DNA from: Pseudogymnoascus verrucosus
Taxonomy: Eukaryota
Assembly: GCA_001662655.1 (NCBI GenBank)
Contig: KV460245.1
Length of the DNA stretch: 64,000 nt
Reading direction: 5' to 3' (one strand)
The notes beneath the pieces are model-generated. The model was not told the DNA's origin. It worked only from the letters and a program-made list of their open reading frames with translations, and searched no databases. Positions 1 to 14,346 of this stretch are shown piece after piece (positions within the stretch are counted from its first letter, which is position 1; the number at the start of each line of letters is the position of its first letter). A program made the translations under genes and the position numbers.

Positions 1-1734
1 GGCGGATGCGGCGTTCGGGATGTTTGATAAGGATATGAATGGTGATATTAGTATGGAGGAGCTGGAGGCGGTGTGCGTGGAGATCGGGCGCGAGAGGAAG
101 GCGATTACGGCGTCGTTGAAGGATCTGGATTCGGTGGTGGGGAAGCTGGATGATTTGTTTCTGTTTATTGTGGCGGTGATTACGATTCTGGTGTTTATCT
201 CGCTGATCTCGACGAGCGCGGCGGGTGTGCTGACGAGTGCTGGGTCGGCGGTGTTGGCCTTGTCTTGGCTGTTCAGCGCGACGGCGCAGGAGGTGCTGCA
301 GAGTATCATTTTCGTCTTCATTAAGCACCCCTTCGATGTCGGGGATCGTGTTACCATCTACGGAAACACGGGCGCGGCGGGGTTGGGTGATGATTACTTC
401 GTCAAGGAGATAGCGCTCCTATTCACCGAGTTCAAGAAGATGGAAGGACACGTCGTGCAAGCTCCCAACAGCTACCTGAATACGCTATTCATCCTCAACC
501 AGCGCCGCAGTGGTGGGCTCGCCGAGGCGGTCCCGGTGACGATGAAGTTCGGGACGACGATTGAGCAGTTGGAGGGGCTGAGGGTGGCTCTGATGGAGTT
601 CGTGGCGACGGAGAATAGGGAGTATCAGAGCAATATTCTGACGGAGCTGAGGACGGTGTATGAGGCGTACAGCATTAGTATGAACGTTGTCTTCTTCTAT
701 AAGAGTAACTGGCAGAATGAGTTGTTGCGTCTGCAGAGACGGAATAAATTCATTTGTGCCTTGATGGTTGCTATGCAAGGTTCGTCATAACCCCCTTTTC
801 CTCACCTTTCCCCTTTATCACCCCACCCTTCCCCCCTTTCCCCTCCTCCTCCCATTTCTCTAAAATAAGAAGCACAACACTAACACCTCCCCAAGACCTC
901 GGCATAGAAGGACCCCGCCGCACATGGGCCGGCCAAAACCCCGAAGCCCCCGTCTACATGTCCTCCCACAACACCTACACCCCCCCAACCGTCGAACACC
1001 CCTTCTCCCCCAGCTCCGGCCCCAGCTCCGGCCCAGGTCCAAGCCCCCACCCCCTCCGCTCCCCCACCAGCGCCTCTCAATCCCCCTCTCACCCCTCTAC
1101 GATCCCCGAGGTTCCGCCATCGAAACTGGGCAGCTATCCTTCGATTCTGAGGCAGAGGGGGAGTATGAGAGCTGGGAGCGCGAGGGTGCCGGGGGGAAGG
1201 AAGGAGAGTATGGGACAGATGAGTAAACGTGTTGATTTCTCGCTCGGGATGAGTGGGATTAGTAGCGGGGCGGATATGGGGGATATTTATGATAAGCCGA
1301 AGGTGCGCGTCCCTGTCTCGTTCAGGGAAGCTGAGGTGGAGGATGAGGAGGAGAAAGAAAGGGAGGGGGAGGGGAGAAAAAGTGGTGGGGGGGAGGGAGC
1401 GAGTCTGGGGAGGACGGGGAGTAGAGGGAGTGGGAGTGTGAGGAGTAGGAGTAAGAAGGGTGGATTGTTTGGACGCAAGAGTAAGGAGGAGGGGGCGCCG
1501 GGGGATTTGGAGGCGCAGGTTGGGGGCGGGAGTGGGGGAGTGCAGATGAGTGAGCTTGAGGGGCGGGGGGAGGGGCAGCATCTTGCGGGGATTCCGGAGG
1601 TGCCTGGTCGTGGGGAGAAGGTTGGGGGGGGGGAGAAGAGGGAGAAGGGGGGGGAGAAGAGGGAGAGGGGGAGGGCGGGGAGTAGAGAGGAGTTGATTGG
1701 GGAGGAGAGGGGGGAGGGTGAGAAGAGGCAGTGA
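1..1734 (+). CDS. MscS-family mechanosensitive ion channel (Msy1/Msy2-like), 5'-partial; intron 780-895
   Basis: EF-hand-like [15 protein letters not shown] helices and MscS motifs [12 protein letters not shown] and [32 protein letters not shown] intron joins [10 protein letters not shown] in frame. Stop TGA at 1732-1734. Confidence 0.88.
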
Positions 1735-4283
1735 GTGAGTGAGGGAGGGAGGGTGAGATGGGGGATGTGAATTGGTGAGGGATATTCAAGGGGGGTTGAG
1801 GGATTTAAGGAGTTGGGTTCGTGTAGGTTGGTTATTGAACCTGAACCTTAACCTGAACTTGAGAAACCTGGAAGGGCGGCTGCTCTGCTCATCGATGGGG
1901 GTCCGAAGTTGGGCCTCTAAACTGGATGATGGGATGGGTAGAGATGGGTGGTTATATAGAATGACACAATATAGATGGATAGATGGATAGATTTTATGAT
2001 TATATGGCCTACACACATACACATACATACATACCTGAACACATAGCATCAGGCCCAAACGTCGCGCTGGCATGGCATAGCTAAGCTACAGATTAATGTG
2101 GTGACACCACGTCCTCTCCCAAGACGGGTGCATAACGGCCCGGCGACGACCACCACCTCGATCGATGAGGTGCAGTGTACGACCGGCGACCGGCTGAGAC
2201 TCCGGCCGGGACCATGGAGTGTGCGGTCTGTACTCCGTAAGCTGTCTATCGATCTGTTTTAGCAAGGAGGGGAGTCGGTGAGGTGAGTATGTATGTGAAT
2301 GTCATCGCGGCGTAAGTGGTAAGTGCTGGGGGAGGCGGGTAGGCGGGAGGGAGGGCCACGTTCTGGGTTGATTGGTGGGGCGGGGGTTAGACGCCGTTTT
2401 ACAGCTTTTGGATTGAGTGAGGTAGGGGGGTACTTGGCTGGAGTAATCTGTGGTTGAATGGTGGTACGGTGTGGTAATTGTTATGCTATGTATGCGCATA
2501 TGTATCTGTATGTCTGAGACAGGGGGGCGGTGATGATTGATGGGCGGTACGGTGATAGATGATACTGTACCCGGTGTATGTAGAGTACGGAGCTGTTTGC
2601 TAGTTGGTAGTTGGATATGTACCCCATATAATTTCTGGAGGCGTTAGGGTAGTAGGGCTGGAGATGGGGGAGGCTGGTGGAGGAGAGAGAACGCCGGGGA
2701 TTGGGGATGGGCAATTGGAGGCACGGATGGGGAGCACGGGTAGGACGGGTATGGTCAATGGGCAATCAATGGTTAATCGGCATGGGAAAGAAGACAGGGA
2801 AGGAGAAAAAAAGCTCTATAGCTAGCAAAGCAAGGCGGTGAACAGGGGGAGGTTGGGAGAAGGGAGGGGGATAGACAGGGAAGAGGGAAGGAGGGAATGG
2901 AGAAATGACGGGCCGGCGGGGGAGGAGGGGTTATCTGGTGAGGAGAGAGAGGGGAAATGGGATGGGAGGTTGGAGAGGGATGGGAGGTCAATTGAAGTGT
3001 GTTTATGGCCCAATTCGGTAATTGTGAAGCTGAAGTTAGTGGATTGTAGTGGTCTTCTTCTACTCTTTCTATACTCACTTCTAGACTCCCTATCTCGATG
3101 TTTATATCGTCCACGTCGCGTCTTCATTCGTCTGTAATTGTCTGGATTTGTATGTACTTATGTCTGTATTACACTGTACACACCGTACCTCTACCCGGGC
3201 CCACGGGAATAGCGAGCCAGCCCACGGGATCACTCGTCCCAGCTTCTTTTAGTAAGAACAACCCACTATCATTCACTGTCAACCACTAACATTCCCCCAA
3301 TCAACCCACCAAACCCACAAACCATCCACTAAACAATCCCCCGTCTAGCACCCCAAGCCACCACCACGAAACTAACACTAACAACAGTACAACCAAGACA
3401 ACCCTCAACCCACCGACAACCACCGAAAAAGCCTCATCTTACCGCATTCCATTCCCCTTCGTCGATCTGCAAAACAACCCACGCAGACACCCAGACACGC
3501 AGAGAGAGCTTACATCGACGAGGGTACCACGGTCTACTCACAACACAACTACCTAGAGGTATACACGCCTTACTCGAGCACAAGCACAAGCACAAGCACA
3601 ACCAACCCACAGACCGCTGCACATCGATCCTATTCACACAGACCAACCTGCAGTGGTGTCTATCCATACATATTTCCCCGTATAACGACTACTGTGAAGA
3701 AGAACAGGGAAGAGCTTTGCGCAGGTACAGTTCTCAGACACGGCAGGGAGACAAGACACAGACGACATAGAGGTACAGAAAACCTACAGACGCACACACA
3801 CACACACTGCAGCACTGCAAGCACTGCATCGGCCTTTCTTCACCTCACCTCACGGAACGATAAAAAGCGCGCATTTCGATTGAATGACGGATTGATTGCT
3901 GCTCGCTCCCACCGCCACTTCCACATCTCACCTCTACCTCAACCACGCTCGTTCGCTCCTTCCCTTTCCCGCCCATAATCGCCTCCTTCCATCGCTGGCC
4001 AGACCACGGGATCCCCAAGAGGACCCAAGAGCGAGAGAGCGTCCAGCACAGCGTGCACGTGTACGGTGTAACCCCAAGAACTGGGCACCCACCACCCACC
4101 CGACAAGCCAGCCAGCCCATACAGCCGATCCACGCCACGAACGTGACCGAGCAGCAGCCCCCCATCGCATCACCCAGTCCCCACGAAACACGCTCCCGGC
4201 CAGACACAGACACAGCACCAACAACAGCGCGCGCAAGCCCGCCGACGAACCAATCCGCCACACGGCCCTTAGATGCGCGCCCC

Positions 4284-7200
4284 ATGGCGAAGCCCCCCTC
4301 GGAGCCCGCCCACGCCCCGGGCGGCGTACAAAATGGCGCCCGGCCCCCCGCCGCCGTCGCGGGGATCTCGTCCCGTGGACTACTCCCTCAGCGCCGCGCC
4401 ACGTCTTCGAGTCTGCTAACGAAATTGCTCGCCCCGACGTACGAGGTTGACGAGTCGACGACGGCGGATGCTGCTGCTGTGAACGCAGACGCCGCGGTAG
4501 GAGACGACGAGCTGCTACGGCAGAGAACACAACGACGGGAGCAATTGCTTCCCCGAGAAACGAAAGATATGGCGGCACAGACTATGCGCCCGCTCTCGCC
4601 GCCGCAACAGACGGCGAGGTATAATTTACATGATATGAATATTAACCACGTCAACGCGCTGCTGCACGACCACCGCGCCTTCCTGCGCTCGACGCGCGTG
4701 CGCGGCAATTCGCTGGAGCGCACTTCGCGCGAGAAGATGGGCGCTACCACGGCGAGCTTTGCGCAGCGAGACGTCAGCGGTGGCACGATGACGAACCCTG
4801 GCGATACGGGGTATACGTATACGCGCCCCGCTACCGACGGCGAGGGGATTGCGCCGGGCGATATCTCGGAGCGCCCGCCGACGGAGGGGTTTAGAGCCGA
4901 ATACCGCAGCTGGAGGGATGGGCAGAGGATGCCTGGCGCGGGGATGGCGTGGAGTATTGGCGATGAGGCGCTCAGTCCGGGAGAGGATGGGCAGGTGGAG
5001 AAGTCGATTACGCAGGCGCTGGCGGGGGAGACGCATAATAGTCGCAGTCGGAAGTCGAGTCATAGTGTGAGATTGTTTAAGGAAGGGTTGCCGGAGGAGT
5101 CGGCGAGGAGGAGTCGGTTGAGGGATGAGAAGGGAGCGGGTGGTGAGGGTGCTGGAGAGGCGCAGATGAAGGGGGAAGATAGGTTGTCTCCTATTGCTGG
5201 GTCGACCGAGCAGACTCCTGCGGAGGATGTGTCGGGGAGCTATTTCGATTTACCGATTGTGGAACCGACGAGCACTGCGCCACCGACCTCGCGGCATCAC
5301 ACCGTCGCAGGGAGGATGAGCAGGGCGAACACAACCGGGAAATCCGACGAGTCACCGCGGCGCCCAGAGCGACAAAACACACTCCCCGCACAACTCCTCG
5401 ACGACCTCCGCAGCCGCCACAATCTCACCCCCGCCGCCACGAAAGGCTCCTCCTTCTCCAACAGCATCCCCATCACCGACTCCGAGCGCCAACCCACCGC
5501 CGACCTGAGCATCAGCGTCCCCTCGGACGACAGCACCGCGCCCGCTACCTCGGGCGACGAGAAGCCGCGCACCGAGTCGCCGAACTCGGACGAGGAGTCG
5601 AGCGAGGAGAAGATTTCGTCCGCGCTGTTCGTGCCGCATCAGAGCTCCCGCGAGCCGGGGGATGAGTCGCCGCAGAATACCCCGCCATGTCGCGAGCCGT
5701 TGAAGGATCGACGCGAGAGGGGAGAGGAGGAGCGCTGGCTGGTGGAACATGAGGTTGCGCCGCATGAGGTGGAGAAGGAGGTGTCGCCGGCGAAGTTGTC
5801 GCCGGAGCTGGTGAGTCCGAGGTCGAGAACGGCGTCGGGGTTCTTTTCGCAGACGTCGGGTAATACTCTTAGTTCTAGCGATGCTAGTTATCCGTCTGCG
5901 AAGGGCGAGGAGCAGGTCCCTGTTACGCAGGAGCAGGGAGAGGATGTCGATGTTACTCCGACCGAGCGAAGGCCGTCGCTGCAGGACTACACTATGAAGA
6001 CGCGCGAGCGCGCACCGACACAGGACTCGGCGCAGCAGCAGCCTAGCCCCAAGGCGGCGGGGCCGCTCGAGGCCATCGAGCTCATCCCATATAAGCACCA
6101 AGTCGGCGGGCACACGACGCTCTGGCGCTTCTCGAAGCGCGCGGTGTGTAAGCAGTTGAATAATCGCGAGAATCAGTTCTACGAGACGGTGGAGCATTAT
6201 CATCCGGCGCTGTTGAAGTTCATGCCGAGGTATGTTTTCTTTTTATTTACTCACCCGCCCGGTCTTCCCCGGTAACCCCCACGCGCTGCTGGCGGCGATG
6301 AAGATGAGCCTTGGAAGACTATATGATCTTGTCCACCGCTTTGTTGTTCGTGTTTGTGTCGTTGGAGAGAGTGTGTGCTGATGGGATTATTTGTATTTTA
6401 GGTACATCGGAGTCTTGAACGTCACCTTCGAAAAACAACTCAAACGCAAACCCACCCTCAAAAACACCGGCGCCGCCGAGCTCATCGCCGCAAAAGCCAC
6501 AGCCGCCCATAACGGCACCTTACCCTCCACCCTCGGCGACACAAACGGCATTCGCCCGCGCGTCATCAGCCAGTCCCTCGCCGCCGGCCCGATCCCGACG
6601 CCTACCGTCACCTTCGCGGATAACCGCCACATCATCCCCAAGAGCTTCATGCAGGGCGGCCCGATCCCGCTCACAGAGACGCCGTATAAATCCCTCTCCG
6701 ACTCCAACATCCACGTCTCGCCCGACCACAAGACCGGTCGCAGCACGTCAGAGCCGGTTAATGGCGAGGAGAGACCGACGCTCTCGGATCGTCATGCCGT
6801 CAGCTGGGGCGCGACGACGGTGAATCGCAAACTCCGCTATGAGGTCTTCGGGGAGGCGTTCCTGAGGCAGCCGGTGCAGGTGCAGCCGCATAAGAAGCCA
6901 GGACAGCATCATCTACGAAGGGATCTGGCGCATAGAGCTGTGCCGCCGGTGCTGAGGGCTACGACGTCGGATTCGAATCTGAATCTCGGCGGGAGAGAGG
7001 AGGAGGATGTGTCGCTGAGGATGCAGGCTATTAAGGCGGCGGCGCTGAGGAGGGGGGTGGATGGGGGGGGGAGTCCGACGAAGGTGGGGAGGGGTGTTTC
7101 TATTCCTGTTGCTACTGGGGGGGCACATGCTGAGGCTGCTACGGAGGCGAAGAAGGGGGAGAATGGCGTGTTGAGCGATGAGGAGGAGTTCGCGGAGCAG

Positions 7201-8442
7201 ATTGGGACTAGTGCGCCTGAGGCGGAGACGGTGGCGCCGGTGGAGACACCGAAGGGGAAGAAGAAGAGACGGTATAGTAGTGGTGGACTCCGGAGGAGAC
7301 CGGAGGAAGGGGAGAAGGACAGGGGGAGTCTGAAGTACTTCGCTGAGGCGGATGATCCGGGGTATACGGGCGATGCGGAGGAGGATGTGTTTGCCATGGA
7401 CCCCGATGTCGTACTACCCGCCACAGCGCTGCAGACTACGACTTCTCTTCCGCTACTTCCGGTTATCCAGGAACCGCCGCATGTGGTTGAGCAGCCGGTT
7501 GAGACGGATATCATACCCACCGCCACAGACGCCCCCACCCCACCACCCCTTCCTGTGCTGCCGCGCCCGGCAAACCCGAAGGAGGCGCAGACGCAGACGC
7601 AGCCTGATTCGAGAGTGGAGTATTTCCTGCTCCTGGAGGATCTGACGGCGGGGATGCGGAGACCGTGTATCATGGATCTTAAAATGGGCACGCGACAGTA
7701 TGGCGTTGACGCCGACTCTGCTAAGCAGGCCTCGCAGCGGCGGAAGTGCGCTGCTACCACCTCCCGCGCCCTGGGCGTGCGCGTCTGCGGACTGCAGGTG
7801 TGGGATCGCGAGAGTCAGGGGTATATTTTCCAGGACAAGTATTACGGCAGGGACTTGACGGAGGGAGAAGGGTTTCGGGGCGCGCTGAGGAGGTTTTTGT
7901 GGGATGGGAAGAGGGGAGGTGAGGAGGAATTGAGGAGGAGGGTGGGCAGGTTGTTGGAGCGGATTGGGAGGTTGGAGGTCCTCATAGGGGGTTTGGAGGG
8001 GTATAGGTTCTATGCGGCTAGCTTGCTTATGTTTTATGATGGCGCGAGCGAGGAGGAGGTTAAGGCTGCTGAGGCGGCTAAGGCTGCGGCGGCTGCTGCT
8101 GCTGCTGCCGCTGCCGCTGCCGCGAATGGCACTACTGCACCCCCATCACCAACTGTCGACCCCGACCAGCAACAGCAACCACGCAAGGGGCGCGAAATAG
8201 ATTTCAAGATAGCGGATTTCGCGAACTGCGTCACGGCTGAGAATGGAGGCGTGGGAGGGGGGGTGGGGAGGAGATGTCCGCCTAGGCATCCGGGGGAGCC
8301 TGATAGGGGGTTTTTGAGGGGGTTGAGGAGTTTGAGGAGGTATTTGGGGGAGATTATGGGGGAGGTGGGGGGGGTTGATGGGATGGGTGGGGGGATGGAG
8401 GGGGTGGGGGAGGAGATGGAGGAGGGGGAGGTGAGCTTTTAG
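4284..8442 (+). CDS. KCS1: Inositol hexakisphosphate/polyphosphate kinase; intron 6230-6401; start codon uncertain
   Basis: IPK motifs PYKHQVGGHT, LLLEDLT, PCIMDLKMGTRQYG, YRFYAASLLMFYD and IADFAN. Intron GTATGT..TAG joins MPR/YIGVLNVTF. First in-frame ATG is at 4284. Confidence 0.9.
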
Positions 8443-9196
8443 GTGCTGCTGCTGCTGCTGCCTTCTTAATACTCCGGAGAGGGGCGGTGCGCGCTGGCTC
8501 GGCATTGTTCTGTCTACCCCCCCCCCCCAACCACATCCTCCACGCGTACGAGGGGGAAACGTGGAAGGACTCGACTCGACTCGATTCTGCATTTTTTGCG
8601 GCGCCTCTGTTGGTATTTTTTTTACTGTCTGTTGTTTGTTACTTGTCTGTCTGGACTTTGCTTTAGCGCTGAATGTATGGAGATGAGAAATACGACGGAA
8701 AGGTGGGAGAGGAGGATGGAAAGGGGAAGGGGGGGAGGTATACCCTGCATGGGATGGCGCTTTTGTACTTGTGTTTTTAAAGGGGGTTGGTTTTTTGTGG
8801 GTTAGATTGGTAGATTGGTTGGGTGGGATCTGGCGGGGGGTAGGGTAGTAAAATGGATGGTTTATGTATTATTTTTTTGGTGTGTAGTGTGTGAAACTGT
8901 AAGAGTGTGAATCTCATTCAAGCAACTGAGAAGTCGGGAACGGATGATGAATTTAACAGGCCAAAAAAAACTCAAATGTGTGTATGAAATTCTATATACG
9001 CGCACCCCCTCCCCATCCCTTATCCAATGTCTTCTTTCTTTTTTTTATCTTCCTTCGACACTTCCTTCCTTGATTGGTTGGTCTATCTATTCGTTGCTTC
9101 ATGTTGAACATTCCCCTTCCCTCCCCTTCCCTTCACCCATCTATCGATCGCTAGGCGTAAACTAATGTCTGAAAACCGACGGGTGGCTGGCTGCCC

Positions 9197-10511
9197 TCAG
9201 ATAGAGGTCACGACGCCGGAGACTTCGGCTTTGGTGGCTTCTACTGCTGCTTCCATTGCTGCGGGGCGGGCGGCTTGGTTTTGTACGAGGCGCTGTTGGT
9301 TGTTAGTAAATTTCCATACACACAGATACGCCGCCCAGAAGACGACAAAACAAAACAAGGGGAAGAAGAAGCAGGAGGAAAGGAAGAAAAGAAAGGAAAG
9401 ACAACATACCAACTGATTCCTCAACAACACCGCAATAGTAACCTTCCCAATCGCCGGCACATAAATACTCGCCTTCTCCTTCACCGCCACGCCATCGAAA
9501 TTCCTCTCGCTCGAGAAATTCACACACACAGCCCCATCCCTAATCAACTCTGTCGGGACCTTGAATTTCTCCCCTGGTACTCCGCTGATCACCACGTCGC
9601 TGATCGGCAGGCAGTCTTTGAGTTCCCACCCTGGCTTCTCGTGAACGGTGTGGTGGTGGCGCTTGAGACCGGTGCCGCGCGTGAAGAGTTGTACGTCGGC
9701 TATGTCGACGCTGTAGACTGTTGCGCCGTCGTTGGCGAGGAGGGCGGCGAGGGGACGGCCGACTACTTCTGATCTGTTGATGACGGTGATGGTGCGGCCG
9801 TGCAACCTATTCCCATAAGGCAAGATAGTATTATAGACACCCAAATGCTCGAGCACCTTCACAGCCGCCAACGGGGTGCAAGGGAGGATGGACTTGAGCG
9901 TCTTCGCAGGGTCGAGGAAGCGGATGTTCTGGTACAAGTTGAAGACGTAGCGGTGAGCGAGGCCTTCGACGTCCTTGTCGAGGGCGACGAGTTGCTGGAT
10001 GTAGCGGTCTTGCGTGGGGCCGAAGACGGGGTAGTAGACGAGGATGCCGTTGATGGAGGGGTCGGCGTTGGCGGATTGGATGGCGTCTTCTAGGGTGTCT
10101 TTGGTGACGGTTTGGAGGTCGAAGGAGAAGCCGCTGGGGGGGCGGGTTAGTGTCTTGCTGGGGAAAAAATTTCTTTCCGTCGTGAGGGCTTTGGGGAGGC
10201 GGGGTGGTGAAGGAGACCTTATATCGTGAAATGGAGGGGTGAAAGGAGAACCACGTGATGGCGGGGCATATATTTAGAAATGGAGACAGACACGACGAGA
10301 CGGAAGAACAGCTAACTCACTTCTCAATACAGGTCTTGGACGACCAATCCGCATACATCTTCGCCGCCGGATCATCGTTGGCCAAAAGTCCTATCACACG
10401 TGGCTTGGTCTTCAGCGTCGACAGGCCCTCTGCCACCTCGGCCAAGAGGCCCTTTGCGATGCCCCCGGCGAGGACGACCTTGCATGTTGGCGGGAGCTCG
10501 GCGCTGGCCAT
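9197..10511 (-). CDS. MTD1: NAD-dependent methylenetetrahydrofolate dehydrogenase; exons about 10511-10321, 10133-9410, 9292-9197
   Basis: Motifs SILPCTPLAAVKVLEHLGVYN, GNRLHGRTITVINRSEVVGRPLAALLANDGA and YVPAIGKVTIAVLLRN. Canonical GT-AG introns with CTAAC branch points. Confidence 0.92.
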
Positions 10512-10794
10512 TGCAGAGATTTAGATCGAGAAAAGGCTCTAAGCAATGGGGGAGCAACTGCTGGTGGCCCTGTTATAAGGGTTGGAGATATTTATCTGGA
10601 TTTCACAATTTTAGCGCGGGGTTCGGCGGGGTATCGGAGAGATAAAAAATTTGGAGATGGGGAAATATTCACCAGAATCGAGGTTGCCGGATTTATGGAG
10701 CAGTGAATTTGAAAGGAGGAAGGTATAGATTTGAATAGTGGCGGGGTTCTTATAATTTATAGTTCTAGTAGCTCTTTTTGTGTCACAATTTATC

Positions 10795-10960
10795 TCGCGC
10801 TCATAATTTTTATATTGGGGATGCAGGGACGTCACACAAATTAAGAAATTCACTAATCGCGGTCATGTGATAGCGCGGATCGTTCGCGTCAGTACCTTGT
10901 CGACATCGCGCGTGATGGGAAACAACTAATTGCCAAATCAATCAGTCGCGCGGGATCGCG
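10795..10960. promoter_or_regulatory. Cluster of CGCG-core (MCB/SCB-like) motifs upstream of EME1
   Basis: About six CGCG cores (tcgcgc, tcgcgg, ttcgcgtc, tcgcgcgtg, tcgcgcgg, tcgcga) within about 170 bp of the divergent MTD1/EME1 promoter. MBF-type regulation of DNA-repair genes is known, but function here is inferred. Confidence 0.35.
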
Positions 10961-11071
10961 ATTACGACTTCAATTGCTCACGGAATTATCGGGGGTGGAA
11001 AAGAGAGTGTTTGTCCATATTTTGGCTACAGCGATTGAGACCAGCGTAAACAAGGGCAAACAAAGAACGCC

Positions 11072-13189
11072 ATGCCTATCGAAGTCATTAACCTCTTGTC
11101 GAGCTCGAGTCCGCCTCCTCGAGCTCCGATTGTGCGCCCGAGGAACACGTATAAGGCGCCCCTGGAGGCGGCTGCAAGGCTTGCTAAAGTTACAGCGTCG
11201 GAAGCTGTGTCTGTGGCTGCCAAGGCGAGCGCAAGCGGAAGCCGTGACAAGAGGAGTGATTCGCGGGATGGGTTTAAGAGTATTAAGAGCACAGTCCATG
11301 GAAAGGCGCAGGAGTGGATAGATCTGGATAATGAGGATATCACCGCGTTGCCGGCTGCTGTGCCAGAAGTAACGCGCAGCCCACTTGTGAGCACTGGTTG
11401 GGATTGGAGCAATGTACCAGTTGAGCCAGAATCCGAGACTTTCTACAGACCATCACCGCTCTCCAAAAGGCCATCGAATAATGATTTTATGTTCCTTTCC
11501 GACGACTCTCTTGATTCCGGCATCGCAGACACGTTTCGTCCGCCAGCAGACTTACACCCTCCCCCAAGCAAAAGGCAGAGGGTGACGCCCGAACCCGCGA
11601 CGCTGCCTCCGTTGAACAAAGGTTTTCGGAGAGTAGTCTCGGATATCTCAGCCGCGCCACCGTATTCCAAAACCACTACTGGACCACCGAAGGCGAGTGG
11701 GTTGAAGAGATCGGCGACGTGTGTTTTCGACGATGACCCGATCACGTTTACATCGTCGCCGGATTTCCTGCAGTTAGCTGAGGAAAGGAGGCGCCAGCGG
11801 AGGCGAGAAATAGAGCGGGATGCAGATCTATCTGATATTGAAGAAAGTAGGCCGGCAAATACTGTTAGTAGGGCGGCGGTGGACGTGTTCGACGATGACG
11901 ATTCTGATTTCGACCTGCCGGATATCGCTGTGATGGCCTCCCAGGTTGCATCCGGTCAAGTATCTGCGATTGCTCGTGCCCCTGCTGCGTATATCGCCTA
12001 CAAACCCGGTAGTGGCAAGAGTGCTCCAAAGGTTGATAAGCCTAAACGTGTCGTCAAAACCGCAGAACAGAAGCAGGCTGAGAAAGAGGCTGAAGCTGAG
12101 CGTAAGCGGCTTGTTAGGGAGGGGAAGGCGAGAGACAAACAGATTGCGGCGGATCTAGCGAAGGTCAACACCCTGCGCATCGACAAGAAAGTCGCAACCC
12201 CCGAGATGATTGCGGTGTTTCCATCTGGTCTCGATGAGAAACTCAGGCAGCAGGCCGAGGGATTCTTTGGGAAGATAGGATGTAACTACCAAGAGTGGGA
12301 TTGCAGTGGCACCGTGCAGAATGTGCTACGGTGGAAGAGAAAGGTGGATGCAAAGTACAACGAAACAGAGGGACACTGGGAGCCTGTACCTTCTGTGATC
12401 GAAGACGAGAAACACGTCCTTTGCTACATGCCCGCCGCCGAATTTGTAGCTCTCGGAACGAACGAGGATGGGAAGGATCTTGACTCTCACGTACTAAGGA
12501 TGAAGGCGCGGTTTGATGGGTTCGAGATAATCTATCTTATTGAGGGTCTAACTGCGTGGATGAGGAAGAATAGGAATGTGAGGAATCGCCAGTTTACGGA
12601 TGCGGTGAGGCGGCAGATGGGTGAAGTGGACGGGGGAACAAGCTCCCAGAGGTCGAGGAAGAAGGCTGCGGAGTATGTTGATGAGGATATGATTGAGGAT
12701 GCGCTGCTGCGGCTGCAGGTTATTCATGGCGTGTTGATTCATCACACAACTGCTCTGGTGGAGACGGCGGAGTGGTTCGCGGTGTTCACGCAGCACATCG
12801 CTACCATACCCTATCGGTAAGTCTTCCATCATCTCATATTAGGCGCTATAACTAACATCTAAAGCCGCCAACGTATGGCCCTCGACACTGCGTTTTGCAT
12901 GGAGACGGGGCAGATCAAGACCGGCGAGGACGCACCGGACACCTATGTCAGGATGCTGCAAGAGGTCAACCGCGTGACGGCTCCTATTGCGTATGGTATT
13001 GCAGCAGAGTATCCAAGTGTCAAGACGCTGGTCGAGGGCTTGAAGAAGGAGGGGAAGGATGCCTTGACGCATGTTCGAAAGAGCGCGAACAAGGACGGGG
13101 TGTTTACGGATAAGGAGGTTGGGAAAAGTGTTAGCAAGCGGGTGTGGAGTATTTTCACGGGGACGGATGAGGGGAGTACTGATGTTTAG
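11072..13189 (+). CDS. EME1: ERCC4-domain crossover-junction endonuclease subunit (Eme1/Mms4); intron 12817-12864
   Basis: Disordered N-terminus, then WKRKVDAKYN, IIYLIEGL, IEDALLRLQV, FTQHIATIPYR and FCMETGQIKTG..YVRMLQEVNRVT. GTAAGT..CTAAC..AAG intron keeps the frame. Confidence 0.85.
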
Positions 13190-13392
13190 TTTGGTTACGG
13201 CCAGCTCCTTGGGTCACTATTGCCGCCCAAACTTATGAAGAAGATTGAAACCGGCAGATAGAATATATCTCTTCAGCTTTATTTGATGTGTACAAGTATG
13301 TATTCCAAAACCATGCCAATTCTAGTCTATCCGATAGCATCATCCAATACATTATACACGCCCATTCCATTCATTACCCCTCCCTCCCACAC

Positions 13393-14346
13393 CTACGCCT
13401 TCACACTCTGCAACAACCGATCCTCAACCCCATCCAAAATATACTCATGCGCCATGACCTCGATATTCTCCGCCTCGCCCTGGAACATCTTATCCGGATC
13501 CGCACCAGGCCCCATCATATTCGCTCCCGGCGGCGGCCCACCCATCTGCTGCTGCGCCATCTGGCTCGCTGCGTTGTCGCTGCCGAGGAGGTAGATGAAG
13601 ACGGTCTGCAGGCCGAAGAGGCAGATGAAGTAGAGCGAGATGGAGGACACCCAGCGGGCGTCGAGGTCGCGTGTTGCTACGCCGGCTTGGAGCATTTGTT
13701 TGAACTTCGGAGTGATGGGGAAGGGGAGTTTCACTGGGGGAGGTTAGCCTGGCTGCTGCTACGGTTTATGGGGAGGGGGGAGACGAACAAACGACGAATC
13801 CGCTGAAGAAGGCGTTGATCCATCCCATGATGAGCGTCTGCGGGACAATCATAGTCATGTTCCCCTTCATCATCCCCATCATGCCCTCCATAGCAGCGGG
13901 GTCAGTCATTGGGTTCGCAGGCGGCTGGCCCTTAGCGTCGGGGTTCTTGAGGTAGGCGCCAGACTGGAAGGCAGAGACGAGGGTGTTCTTGCGAGCCTGG
14001 AAGGCGGCGTCGGAGATGACGGCTGCGTTCGTGCGGAAGGTGATGCCGCGCTGGAGGGAGCGCTGCTCGCGCAGCGAGAGGAGGTCGAGTTTCTTCGGCG
14101 TCGAGGCGATGAGGACTGTGACGTAGTGGCGGAGGACACCGGTTAAGATCTTGAAGGGGGAGGTGTTAGATTGTGTATGTATGTCTGAGGTGGGCAGTGG
14201 GGGGTATATGTACCATAACCGTGATGATGGGGAAGAGGATCCATATGCTACCTCAAGTCAGCTCATCAAATCTCGTCGCCGCACCCATTGCCAACTCACA
14301 ATAACTGGGGATCCCTTCGGATCGTCTGCACAACCGCTTGCGCCAT
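13393..14346 (-). CDS. EMC3: ER membrane protein complex subunit 3 (4 exons)
   Basis: N-terminus MAQAVVQTIRRDPQL..WILFPITV..ILTGVLRHY and C-terminal KLPFPITPKFKQMLQAGVATRDLDARWVSSISLYF. Confidence 0.92.

Noticed and set aside
1735..4050. Many short ORFs in the long intergenic region upstream of KCS1
   Set aside because: Low-complexity purine- or CA-rich sequence and microsatellites with no recognisable protein motifs.
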